A stretch of DNA of 64,000 nt, taken from assembly GCA_038060895.1 (NCBI GenBank), contig JBBTCT010000005.1, positions 37,713 to 101,712 on the forward strand. Reading direction: 5' to 3'. Numbering within the stretch: position 1 is the stretch's first letter; each line of letters opens with the position of its first letter. A program made the position numbers and the translations under genes. Below the pieces are notes generated by a model, which saw nothing but the letters and a program-made list of their open reading frames with translations, was not told where the DNA came from and did no database searches. The DNA comes from Planctomycetota bacterium (GTDB lineage Bacteria > Planctomycetota > MHYJ01 > WSZJ01). Of the stretch, positions 50,316-59,578 are shown piece after piece.

Positions 50316-50912
50316 ATGGGCATCTTCAAGTCCCGCGAAGAAAAACGCATCGAACGCGACCTCGAGGTCCGCAAGGGCATCGCTTCCATCAAGCGCAACC
50401 TCAAGGACATGGATAAGCACACGAAGGAATACATCGACAAGGCCAAGAAGGCCAAGCGCATCGGCGACAACGACCAGCTCAAATTCATCAAGAGCGCTCT
50501 CAAGAAAACCGCTCTCGGCAAGAAGATGCGCGAGCGCCAGCTCCTCTCGCTCGAGACCGCCATGCAGATCAAAAACCAGGCGGAGTCCGACGGCGAATTC
50601 GCCCGGGCGATGATGGAAGTCTCCAAGTCGATCTCCGAGGTCTACGGCTCCACCGACCTGGCCAAGACCCAGAAGAATTTCGAACGCGCCATGATGCAGG
50701 CCGAAACGCTGCAGGACCGCATGCAGATCGTCGTCGAGTCCATGTCCGACACGCTCTCGACCTCCGACGAGGACGCCGAGAAGATCCTCAGCGACAAGGA
50801 CATAGACAAGATGATCGACGACGAAGCGGTACACGAGGAGAAGGGCGAGCTGGACAAGGAGATCGAGAAGGGGCTGAAGGAGATCGAAGAGGAGATGGGG
50901 AAGGAGTCCTGA
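50316..50912 (+). CDS. ESCRT-III protein, Vps2/Vps24/Did2 (CHMP1-3)/CdvB-like
   Basis: MGIFK..., KAKKAKRIGD.DQLK, ARAMMEVSKSI, KNFERAM, SMSDTL, DIDKMIDDE, C-terminal DKEIEKGLKEI (MIM1-like). Confidence 0.75.
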   Translation: MGIFKSREEKRIERDLEVRKGIASIKRNLKDMDKHTKEYIDKAKKAKRIGDNDQLKFIKSALKKTALGKKMRERQLLSLETAMQIKNQAESDGEFARAMMEVSKSISEVYGSTDLAKTQKNFERAMMQAETLQDRMQIVVESMSDTLSTSDEDAEKILSDKDIDKMIDDEAVHEEKGELDKEIEKGLKEIEEEMGKES

Positions 50913-50984
50913 AGTATGTAGGAAGTGGCCTTTTTGGACGGGGATGAGGGATTTTCGAAGCTCAGAGCGAGCGCGAGAGTGACT

Positions 50985-52325
50985 ATGCCAGAACCATGGG
51001 AAGCAAAATGGCGGCTGATCCGTTCAATCGGAGAGGGTGGCCAAGGGGTTACCCACCTCGTTTCCGACAGGGCAGAGCCCTGCCGCATGGGCGCACTCAA
51101 ATTGCTGAAAAACAACAAAAGCAGCGAAGCACGAACGCGGATGCTTCAAGAAGTGACGAATCTTCAAGTCGTCCACACTCAGAAGGGGCGAGTTCCGGAC
51201 GTGCTCGATTCCAATGTTCAGTTCCACGCCGAGAACGTTCCTCTCTACTTTGTCATGGAGTACGTCGACGGCGTAACCCTGACCAAGCGAGTGAGGGAGT
51301 GCGGCGCCCTATCTGTTCAGGACTCGTTGAGCCTGTGTCTCTCGATCTGCAGAACGCTAGAGATCGCGCACCGGTTCAGCATTCAGCACCGCGATTTGAA
51401 ACCGGACAATGTACTGATTCCGACCTCGCGTCCCGCGGAACCCATCCTTGTTGACTTCGGGCTCTCCTTCAATGAAGAAGACCACGACTCGGTCACGAGA
51501 ACCAACGAGACGATTCAGAATCGGTTTCTAGCTCTCCCAGAACTTCGGGTACCTGGCGCGTCAAAACGCGACACCCGCTCCGATGTGACTGCAGTGTGCG
51601 GAATGCTCTACTTTTGCCTGACCGGATTCGAGCCCGTTGACTTGAGTGACGGGTCTGGCAGAGCCCCTCACCGCAGACCTGTTCCTCACGGCTTCCCGGT
51701 CGAATTGCAGAAGTCTCAACTGGCTGCGCTGTTCGACCGAGGATTTCAGATTGATATTGGAAACAGATTTCAGTCGATCGAAGAACTCATTCAGAGGGTT
51801 CTGCACGTTCAGAGTGATGCGCCCGACAAATCGGTCGACCTGGTTGAGAAGGCAAGGGTGGCGAGTTCAGAGCTTCGCCGAAGAAGTAGCAAGCGCCGAG
51901 CCGCAGTCTTTCAGACTTGCGTTGGAGTCTTTGGGGCAAAGCTAGCCGACTTTGTCCAACGACTGAACGGCACCATCGCCGACTTCTCAGTAAGCCACGG
52001 ATCAAAGACACCCGGAATGCCACTGCCAGCTGGAAGTGTTCAGATTCTCGACGTGAGCCACTCAGTAACGTTGAGCTTGAAGGGTCATCAAAACTCCTGT
52101 TCCTTTATCTACAACTGCGCGCTCGAGGAAAACCAGATGGTCCTACTTCGAAGTCGGCTTAGATACGGAATTCCTGATCCTTGGAATCCCCCTTCTGAGA
52201 ATTGGGAACGGGTCGCATATTTCCCCACGCCAGAAGAACTTGATTTCGCTCCGATCGAAGCGGATCTCAGATCGACACTTGCGTTTGGGATGGAACTCAT
52301 GGTCGACAAGCTCGGAGATGCCTAG
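50985..52325 (+). CDS. Ser/Thr protein kinase (soluble, atypical codon usage)
   Basis: IGEGGQG, ALK, VMEYVDG, HRDLKPDN, DFG, LPE, SDV. Confidence 0.9.
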   Translation: MPEPWEAKWRLIRSIGEGGQGVTHLVSDRAEPCRMGALKLLKNNKSSEARTRMLQEVTNLQVVHTQKGRVPDVLDSNVQFHAENVPLYFVMEYVDGVTLTKRVRECGALSVQDSLSLCLSICRTLEIAHRFSIQHRDLKPDNVLIPTSRPAEPILVDFGLSFNEEDHDSVTRTNETIQNRFLALPELRVPGASKRDTRSDVTAVCGMLYFCLTGFEPVDLSDGSGRAPHRRPVPHGFPVELQKSQLAALFDRGFQIDIGNRFQSIEELIQRVLHVQSDAPDKSVDLVEKARVASSELRRRSSKRRAAVFQTCVGVFGAKLADFVQRLNGTIADFSVSHGSKTPGMPLPAGSVQILDVSHSVTLSLKGHQNSCSFIYNCALEENQMVLLRSRLRYGIPDPWNPPSENWERVAYFPTPEELDFAPIEADLRSTLAFGMELMVDKLGDA

Positions 52326-52465
52326 TAACCAGTTTGCGATTAGCGCGGAGATTGAGGATCTTCGCAGGTAGATTCGGCAGCTGGCAGTAGCTTGTCGAAG
52401 TCGCCGAGTCAGTTGATGATTCCGGTCTACCGGCGCCAAAGCCAACACTTGGAGACAACTAAATC

Positions 52466-54451
52466 ATGAATTCCCTAGGCATGATCATGCTGCCCGTCCT
52501 CGCTCTGGCCGCAGTCTCCGGATGCTCCGACGGCCCCGAGCCCTCCACGGTCTCCGCGCTGGGTGTCGGCGGTGCGCAGGAGGACGCGGAAGAGGCGGCG
52601 GCTGCGGACTTCGCGGCCGTGAAAGCGGGGGTGGAGAAGGCGGGACTTTTCGACGAGAAGGACCTCTTCATGTCGATCGACCCGGTGGAACCGCCAAAAG
52701 GCCGTGCGGGAGCGTGGCCGCGGGTGGCGCGGTTTGAAATCCTGCGCAAGCCTGAGCTAAAGGTGATCGTCGGGACGTTCGACCTCGAGAAGGCAGCGGT
52801 GCTTGAATCGCGCGAGGTGAAGGACGTGGAGCCATGGCTCACGGACAGCGAACTGCTGGAGGACATCCAGCGGATCGTTCTGGCGGACGCCGGTGTGCAG
52901 GAAGAGCTGGCGCACCGGGGAATCCCTGTCGTGGATCAGCAGCGGCGCGTGCGGGTCGACCCTTGGGCGACGGGCGCACGGTCTGCGCCGTCGGGGCACG
53001 GGCAGCGGCTGGCGCGGTGTCTGTTCTTCGAGAGGTCGTCCGAGGGAACGTACTACACGCACCCGATCGAAGGCGTGACGGCGCTGGTGGACCTGGCATC
53101 CGAGAAAGTGCTCTCGGTCGAAAAGGACCCGGACCTCTTCCCTGTCTCGTCGCGTTCGCGGCTGCTCACCAGCGAACTCAAGGGCCTCCAGCGCCTGGAA
53201 TCCAGCATGCCCGACGGCGTGTCGTTCGTGGCAGACGGGAACAACGTGGCCTGGTGGAAGTGGAAGCTCCGCTGGTCGTTCAATGCGCGCGAGGGGCTGG
53301 TGATCCACGGGGCGACGTTCGACGACGCCGAGGGGAAGGCGCACGACGTGCTGGCGCGCGGGTCGATTTCGGAAATCGCAGTGCCTTACGCGCCTTCGTC
53401 GCCGACATGGGGGTGGAGGTGCGCGATGGATGAGGGGGAATACGGGCTGGGGCGGTGCAGCACGCCGCTGACGCCGGGGAAGGTGACCCCCGCGTTCGCG
53501 AAATCGTTCCACTGCGCCATCGCCGACGAGTTCGGAGACGTGTCGCTCAAGGAGCACGCGGTCGCGATCTACGAGCGGTCGCGTGGGCCGCTGTGGATGC
53601 ATAACGAGGAATGGCCCGCGGACTCGGGATACGCCGTGACGCCGTTCGAGGAAGACCGTGAGCTGGTGATCTGCACGCTGGCAACCGTCGGCAACTACGA
53701 CTACCTCTTCGAGTGGTCGTTCACGCTCTCCGGCGCCGTGCGCCTGCGCGTTTCGCTTCACGGAATCCTGCTCTCGTCCGGAACCCAGGACAAGACCTGC
53801 GCCGAGTGCCGCGCGGTGGTGGACGCGGACGACACGCTCCTGTCCCGGCACCTCGTCGAGGCCAACACAGGGGCGCCGCTTCACCAGCACCTCATCAGTG
53901 TCCGCCTCGACCTCGATGTGGACGGTGAGAAGAACAGCGTGACGGAAGAGGACGCCGGGGGTGCGGACAAGGGGAAGGCGTACTACACGTGGAAGCGGCG
54001 GACGCTGAAAACGGAGAAGGACTCGGTGCGCGAGGCGGGCGCGTCGCCGGCGTTCGGGTGGAGAGTGGAGAATCCGGGCAAGACGACGTCGCTTGGGCAC
54101 CATCCGTCGTACCGGGTGCTGCCTCATTCCCACGGCAAGCCCGTGATCGTGGCGGACGACCCTTTCGTGAAGAAGGCGTGGTTTGCGCGCCATGAACTCG
54201 CGGTGACGCGGTACGACGCTTCGCAGCTGTTCGCCTGCGGCGACTACGTGCTGAGCGAATCGCCGGGCGGGACGCTGGAGACCTGGGTTGCGGACGACCA
54301 GCCGGTGGCCGGCGAAGACGTCGTCTGCTGGGTGACGCTGTCGGCGGTGCACCTGCCGTGTGCGGAGCAGTGGCCGATCATGCCGCCGGTGACCGTGGGC
54401 GTGGACCTGATGCCGGACGACTTTCTTTCCGAAAGCCCCACGGTCCGGTGA
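52466..54451 (+). CDS. Copper amine oxidase (TPQ), predicted lipoprotein
   Basis: TVGNYDY cofactor motif, DEGEYG, HQH Cu ligands, HLP..EQWPIMP; lipobox VSGC. Confidence 0.9.
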   Translation: MNSLGMIMLPVLALAAVSGCSDGPEPSTVSALGVGGAQEDAEEAAAADFAAVKAGVEKAGLFDEKDLFMSIDPVEPPKGRAGAWPRVARFEILRKPELKVIVGTFDLEKAAVLESREVKDVEPWLTDSELLEDIQRIVLADAGVQEELAHRGIPVVDQQRRVRVDPWATGARSAPSGHGQRLARCLFFERSSEGTYYTHPIEGVTALVDLASEKVLSVEKDPDLFPVSSRSRLLTSELKGLQRLESSMPDGVSFVADGNNVAWWKWKLRWSFNAREGLVIHGATFDDAEGKAHDVLARGSISEIAVPYAPSSPTWGWRCAMDEGEYGLGRCSTPLTPGKVTPAFAKSFHCAIADEFGDVSLKEHAVAIYERSRGPLWMHNEEWPADSGYAVTPFEEDRELVICTLATVGNYDYLFEWSFTLSGAVRLRVSLHGILLSSGTQDKTCAECRAVVDADDTLLSRHLVEANTGAPLHQHLISVRLDLDVDGEKNSVTEEDAGGADKGKAYYTWKRRTLKTEKDSVREAGASPAFGWRVENPGKTTSLGHHPSYRVLPHSHGKPVIVADDPFVKKAWFARHELAVTRYDASQLFACGDYVLSESPGGTLETWVADDQPVAGEDVVCWVTLSAVHLPCAEQWPIMPPVTVGVDLMPDDFLSESPTVR

Positions 54452-54676
54452 CTTCGATGTGGAGTTTGAATTGAACCTGGCGACAGGATCAAGCAAGGCA
54501 GGAGGCAGGGGGTAGGAATGGCCACTCGATCGATGGTCGTTCCTGCCTCCTACCAGTTACCCGCTACCCACTCGTTCTGCAATCGGCCCCTTGCGAAACC
54601 GTTTCCTTGATATACTTCGCCCCACGTTATGCCGGGCCTGAGACCTCTTCCCTGCCCCGCTCCCGGAAAGGTGCCG

Positions 54677-56332
54677 ATGACTCGCGCTCTGCTGGTGCAC
54701 CCGGAGTTCAAGGTCGCTTCGTTCTGGAACTACCGCGACACCTGCGAACTCGTGGACGCGAAGTACCCGGCGGCGCCGCTCGGGCTCTGCACCGTGGCCG
54801 CGATGCTCCCCCAGGACTGGGAGATGCGGCTGGTGGACCGGAACGTCGAGAAGTGGGACGACTCGATGCTCGACTGGGCGGACGTGGTGCTGACAGGCGG
54901 GATGCTGCCGCAGCAGCTGGACTGCCTCGAAGTCGTCCGCGCCGCGAAGAAGAAGGGCAAGATCGTCCTCTGCGGCGGGCCGGACGTGACGTCTTCGCCG
55001 CACATCTACAAGGAAGCCACCCACCTGGTGCTCGGAGAAGCGGAAGTCACGCTCCCGAGGTTCCTGGCGGACTTCAAGCTGGGCGTTGCTCAGCCGGTCT
55101 ACGTGGACCCGAAGATGGCCAACATGGCCGAGTCGCCGACGCCGCGCTTCGACCTCCTGAAATTCGACGCGTACAACCACGTCGGCATCCAGTGGTGCCG
55201 CGGCTGTCCCTTCCTCTGCGAATTCTGCGACATTATCGAGCTGTACGGGCGGGTACCGCGGACGAAGACTCACGAGCAGCTGATCGCCGAGCTCCAGAAG
55301 CTGTACGACCTCGGCTATCGCGGACACGTCGATCTCGTCGACGACAACTTCATCGGCAACAAGAAGCTCGCGAAGGAATTCCTGCCGAAGCTCAAGGTGT
55401 GGCTCGAGGAGCGCAACTGGCCCTTCGAATTCACGACGGAAGCGTCGATCAACCTGGCGGACGACGAAGAGCTGATGCAGAAGATGCAGGACGTCGGGTT
55501 CTTCGCGATCTTCGTCGGAATCGAGAGCCCGGACGAGGCGACGCTGATTGCGATGAAGAAGAAGCAGAACACGGGGCGCTCGATCGCGGAAAGCGTCCAC
55601 ACGATCATGCGGCACGGGATGTGGGTGAACGCCGGGTTCATTCTCGGCTGCGACGGCGAGACGGGCAGCGTCGCGAAGGGCATCATCGACTGCATCGAGG
55701 ACACGGGAATCCCGGTGAACATGGCAGGGCTCATGTTCGCGCTGCCGAACACGCAGCTCACGCGCCGCCTTAAGAAAGAGGGGCGCCTGCACGAGAATTT
55801 CGACGTCGCGGTGCCGACGGACGGCGACCAGTGCACGGCGGGGCTGAATTTCGACCCGAAGCGGTCGCGGCTGGACATTCTTCGCGACTACCTGACCGTG
55901 ATCGAGACGACGTACGCGGCGAAGTCGTATTACGCACGCGTGCGCAAGACGGCGAGCATGATGAACTCGAAGAAGCGCCGGTTCAAGCCGACGCTGCACC
56001 AGATGTGGAAGGAGACGAAGGGGTTCTTCCGGATGGCGTGGAAGCTCGGGTGCAAGCCGGAGACGGCGTGGCACCACTGGCGCACGTTCATCGGGACGCT
56101 GTTCACGAACCCGAAGTCGATCCGCTACATCGGCTCGCTCTGCGCGCTTTACGTCCATTTCGGCCCGTTCTCGAAGTACGTGGCCGCAAGGATCCGCAAG
56201 GGAATCGAGATGATCGAGCGCGAAGAGGCGAACAAGCCGGTCGCTCCTCCGACGCCGGTCCAGGTGCAGGAAACCTCGACGGCCTCGGCGTCCCCTGCAC
56301 CGGCAGGCGCGACGGCTTCGCCGGACGCGTAG
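54677..56332 (+). CDS. B12-binding radical SAM protein with DUF4070 (HpnP-like architecture)
   Basis: PLGL.TVAAMLP, GGPD, RGCPFLCEFC, VDDNFIGN, FVGIESP, ALPNT.L..RL..EGRL. Confidence 0.9.
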   Translation: MTRALLVHPEFKVASFWNYRDTCELVDAKYPAAPLGLCTVAAMLPQDWEMRLVDRNVEKWDDSMLDWADVVLTGGMLPQQLDCLEVVRAAKKKGKIVLCGGPDVTSSPHIYKEATHLVLGEAEVTLPRFLADFKLGVAQPVYVDPKMANMAESPTPRFDLLKFDAYNHVGIQWCRGCPFLCEFCDIIELYGRVPRTKTHEQLIAELQKLYDLGYRGHVDLVDDNFIGNKKLAKEFLPKLKVWLEERNWPFEFTTEASINLADDEELMQKMQDVGFFAIFVGIESPDEATLIAMKKKQNTGRSIAESVHTIMRHGMWVNAGFILGCDGETGSVAKGIIDCIEDTGIPVNMAGLMFALPNTQLTRRLKKEGRLHENFDVAVPTDGDQCTAGLNFDPKRSRLDILRDYLTVIETTYAAKSYYARVRKTASMMNSKKRRFKPTLHQMWKETKGFFRMAWKLGCKPETAWHHWRTFIGTLFTNPKSIRYIGSLCALYVHFGPFSKYVAARIRKGIEMIEREEANKPVAPPTPVQVQETSTASASPAPAGATASPDA

Positions 56333-56361
56333 CGGTTCCGATGGATTTGTGAGGCGAGCAG

Positions 56362-57045
56362 TTGCGGGGAACACTCCCCTTGCCCGCCGCGTTACACTTC
56401 CACCTTCCCACGTTCCCGGAAACAGCCATTCACCACGCCCGCCTGGTTCCCGCGCTCGCCGCCATCTTCGCCATCTCCCTCTTCGCCTTCGCCGAGGATC
56501 CGCCGAAAGACGACGGCAAGGCGCGCCAGGAATCCGAGGCCCGCTTCAATGAGTTCTGCCGTGCCTGGCGCCGGAGCGCGGCTCCCATGGAAGAAGGACT
56601 GACGAGAACCTTCACCTTCGAGGCGAAAGGCGGCGAGGTGCCGCTCACGGGAACGGTGGAGATTCTCACCCGGGTTCCGGACCCGGAATCCGTGGTCTTC
56701 GAGAAGAAGGTGAAGCTGGACAACGAAGAAGAACTGAAGGGCAAGCGAGTCGAGCTTCCTCCGCTGATCGCGGCGCGCGTCTGGGCGGAGCCGCCGCCCC
56801 TGATGTTCCCGGAAAAAGTGGTCGTGACGCTGGAGAAGGACGTGGAAGTAAAGGTCGGAGAGAAGACCCTGAAGTGCCTGAAGCTGACGCTCACGACGGG
56901 CGAAGATGCGCCGGTTCCGAACCTGAACATGTCGTACTGGATCTGCGAAGAGGAGCACCTCGGACTCGTGCGCGCAACGCAGTCCTCGGGGACCGGGAAA
57001 TCCATGACTCTTCAACTGGCCGGCTGGAAGTCTGCCGAAAAATAG
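56362..57045 (+). CDS. Secreted hypothetical protein (start uncertain)
   Basis: Signal-like LVPALAAIFAISLFAFA; beta-rich tail VKVG.KTLKC...YWI...LGLVR; host-like codon usage. Confidence 0.6.
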   Translation: MRGTLPLPAALHFHLPTFPETAIHHARLVPALAAIFAISLFAFAEDPPKDDGKARQESEARFNEFCRAWRRSAAPMEEGLTRTFTFEAKGGEVPLTGTVEILTRVPDPESVVFEKKVKLDNEEELKGKRVELPPLIAARVWAEPPPLMFPEKVVVTLEKDVEVKVGEKTLKCLKLTLTTGEDAPVPNLNMSYWICEEEHLGLVRATQSSGTGKSMTLQLAGWKSAEK

Positions 57046-57057
57046 CAGGGACCCAGG

Positions 57058-57531
57058 ATGACAACGATCAAGCGACTTGCGCCGGTCCGGGGAATCGTCG
57101 TCCAGTCGGTGACGCGCATTCACGCCCCCCCGGCGAGGGTGTGGCGGGCGCTTACGCAGGAAACCCGGAAGTGGTGGCCGAAGGGGATGACGGTCAACCC
57201 GAAGGCCAGGGGAGTCACGATCGAATCGCGGCTCGGGGGGCGCTTCTTTGAGGACTGGGGCGGCGGTAACGGGCTGACGTGGTGGACGGTGATCGGCCTG
57301 CGAAAAGGCGGCTGGCTCGAGCTCTCGGGGGCCCTGGAAGCCGAGATGGGAGGGCCGGGGGTGACGCTTGCGCGAATTCTGCTGCGGGCGAACGGGAAGG
57401 ACACCGACCTGCACCTCGTGGACAACCTGTGGGGCCCGATCCCTCGCGGGGAAGAAAAGAACATCGCGCGCGGATGGGATGCCCTGGCGCGGGAGCTCAA
57501 GGCGTACGTGGAGAAGCGCGGAAAGCGATGA
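57058..57531 (+). CDS. SRPBCC/AHSA1 domain protein
   Basis: IHAPPARVWRALT...WW...GGRF...GW..L..ELKAYVE. Confidence 0.85.
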   Translation: MTTIKRLAPVRGIVVQSVTRIHAPPARVWRALTQETRKWWPKGMTVNPKARGVTIESRLGGRFFEDWGGGNGLTWWTVIGLRKGGWLELSGALEAEMGGPGVTLARILLRANGKDTDLHLVDNLWGPIPRGEEKNIARGWDALARELKAYVEKRGKR

Positions 57532-58406
57532 TCCGGAACTCGCTCGTCCTGGTGCTTGTCCTTCCGTTTGCGTCCGCATGCGGCCGGTCGGAAAACGGCG
57601 GGCCGGCCTCCCCGGCAACGCCGGGAACTCCGGGGGCGACGACCGCCTCGAATCCAGTGCCGGCGAAAGAACCGCCCGTCAAGCGCCCGCCCCTGGTCCG
57701 CCAGCAGGGCCGCTACTTCGCGTGGGCCATGCCGCAGGGCTGGAGATTCAACGAGACGGCCAACGGCGTAGACGTCTACGCGCCGGATGAAAAGGCGGGA
57801 GCGGGCGTCTCGGTCGTCTTCAATTATCCGGGGCAGACGACGCCGGAGCGCGTCATCGACCGGGTGGATGAGCTTCTCGGGATCACCGACGCGAATGTCG
57901 TGAAAGAGAAACCGCTTCCCGACGTGATGGGCTACGGCGGGCTCCCGTGGAAGCTGCTCGAGCGCGATTACAAGTACACGTTTAAAGGGCTGAAGGCGCG
58001 GCGCAAGTCGACGGCAGGAGTTCAGTCGTACGGAAACGGGTTCCACGCGGCGCTGGGATACTACTCGTGCGAAGCGAAGAAGTGGGATGAGCTTTCGACG
58101 TGGCTGGTCGCTATCGTGAATTCGATCGTGGTCACGAACCCACGGCAGCTGGCGAATCTCGACAAGGTGAGTCTTCCGAAGAACAACCCGATGGATCACG
58201 ATGCGCTGCGGGGGTACTGGAAGGAGAAGGGTCTATCGGAGGACCGGATCGCGCAGGGGCAGCGCGAGGGAATGATGGGGTACGAGGAGATGGAGTCGCG
58301 CGATACCGGGAAGACCTTCCAGATGCCGCTGGAGACGTACGACGCGACGAAGGGCGGGTACCACAATCCGGACAACTTTGACGAGATCCTGCAGAAGCCG
58401 GACTAG
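57528..58406 (+). CDS. Hypothetical lipoprotein
   Basis: Lipobox-like ASAC, Pro-rich linker, MPQGW (PsbP/DcrB-like start). Confidence 0.65.
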   Translation: MIRNSLVLVLVLPFASACGRSENGGPASPATPGTPGATTASNPVPAKEPPVKRPPLVRQQGRYFAWAMPQGWRFNETANGVDVYAPDEKAGAGVSVVFNYPGQTTPERVIDRVDELLGITDANVVKEKPLPDVMGYGGLPWKLLERDYKYTFKGLKARRKSTAGVQSYGNGFHAALGYYSCEAKKWDELSTWLVAIVNSIVVTNPRQLANLDKVSLPKNNPMDHDALRGYWKEKGLSEDRIAQGQREGMMGYEEMESRDTGKTFQMPLETYDATKGGYHNPDNFDEILQKPD

Positions 58407-59578
58407 AAACCGTCCGTCGTGTAGGGGATCGGACCGGCGAACAGAGCCCGGAGGAGCGGCAACTTCGCTTCCGGAGCGTCGAGGAGCCCGGCGAGGTGAA
58501 GTTCGTCGGGACTCATGAAGCCCGCGTAGAGAGGCGCGAGGCCTCGAATTGGCAGGCGGATGCCGCCTGATCCTCCCCGCTCGACCCGTCCCCGGCCGTC
58601 CTTCACTCGCAGCCGCCACTTCCCTGCGTTGGACGGCAGAACGGAATCCTCAAGGTCGAAATCTATGGTGGCCTCGAATCCCGCGGGCCATCCGCGCTGC
58701 TCGAACGCCCGCTTCACGTCCACGATGCGCATCATCCAGCGCTTGGCGCGCTCCACTTCGAGGTGCTGTTCGTCGGCGAGCAGGTGGATGAGGTCCGCGG
58801 GTGAGCCGGTCCCCAGGATGGCGTCGCACACGGACCGCTGGTCGGAGAGATGGGTGAGGAGCCGGCGCGCGGCCGCAGGGGTCGTCGCGACGAAATCCCG
58901 GACGGCCAGGTCAAAGAAGCGGCCCGCCTTGGATTCGCGGAGCGCACAGACAACGTACCCTTCCGGCCGGCCGCCACGCAACGCGAGCGTCGTCTCGCGC
59001 GGCTCGTCCTTCGTGGACAGGACCCGCTTCCAGAACCACTCCGTTCGCCGCAGCAGGCCTGATGTCCTCTTCGCCGCTTCGTCGTGAAGCCGCCGGAGGA
59101 TTGCGCCGTCGCGCTTCGTCGCAAGCCGGACTTCGAGTGCGCGGTCGCGGAAGACGAAGTCGCGGGCGCGGACGCGCCAGGCCAGGTGGAGCCCCGCCTG
59201 TTCCCAGCCGGCGCCGCGGTAGAGGGGCTGCGTCGAGGGGAAGAGCGTCGAGACTGCGGCGCCGCGGCGGGCCATTTCGCGGAGGCATTCGGCCATGAGG
59301 GCGGGAGCGAGGCCGTGGCCGCGCGCTTCGGAAGCGGTCGCGACGCAGGCAATCCCGATGTTTGAAACGGAGCGCCCCCCGAACCAGATGCCGCAAGGAA
59401 GCATCACCAACCCGCCAACGGTCGTCCCGCCGTGGCGTACGGCAAGGACCTGCCGCGCCCCGGCACCCCGGAGGTATCGCGCGAATCCGTCCGGTTTCCC
59501 GTTGTACGAGCGCGCCATGACGACCGCCGCAGCGCGGAGGCCGGAAGAGTTCCGGACGGGCGAAATGGCGGGTTTCAT
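58403..59578 (-). CDS. Eis-like GNAT acetyltransferase with SCP2-like C domain
   Basis: VAT..EARGHGLA..LM, STLFP...LYR..GWE, MRIVDV..A, D..LP.N.G.W, LAPLY.G, terminal DGF. Confidence 0.88.
   Translation of the reverse strand: MKPAISPVRNSSGLRAAAVVMARSYNGKPDGFARYLRGAGARQVLAVRHGGTTVGGLVMLPCGIWFGGRSVSNIGIACVATASEARGHGLAPALMAECLREMARRGAAVSTLFPSTQPLYRGAGWEQAGLHLAWRVRARDFVFRDRALEVRLATKRDGAILRRLHDEAAKRTSGLLRRTEWFWKRVLSTKDEPRETTLALRGGRPEGYVVCALRESKAGRFFDLAVRDFVATTPAAARRLLTHLSDQRSVCDAILGTGSPADLIHLLADEQHLEVERAKRWMMRIVDVKRAFEQRGWPAGFEATIDFDLEDSVLPSNAGKWRLRVKDGRGRVERGGSGGIRLPIRGLAPLYAGFMSPDELHLAGLLDAPEAKLPLLRALFAGPIPYTTDGF

Noticed and set aside
46469-50912. Calling the helical proteins PspA/Vipp1 or the ATPase FtsH/Cdc48
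   Set aside because: No PspA N-terminal signature or pspBC/pspF context; the ATPase has one AAA cassette, a MIT-like domain and no TM or protease.
54677-56332. Assigning hpnP (hopanoid 2-methylase)
   Set aside because: The architecture is shared by many uncharacterised B12 radical SAM proteins and no hopanoid genes are nearby.
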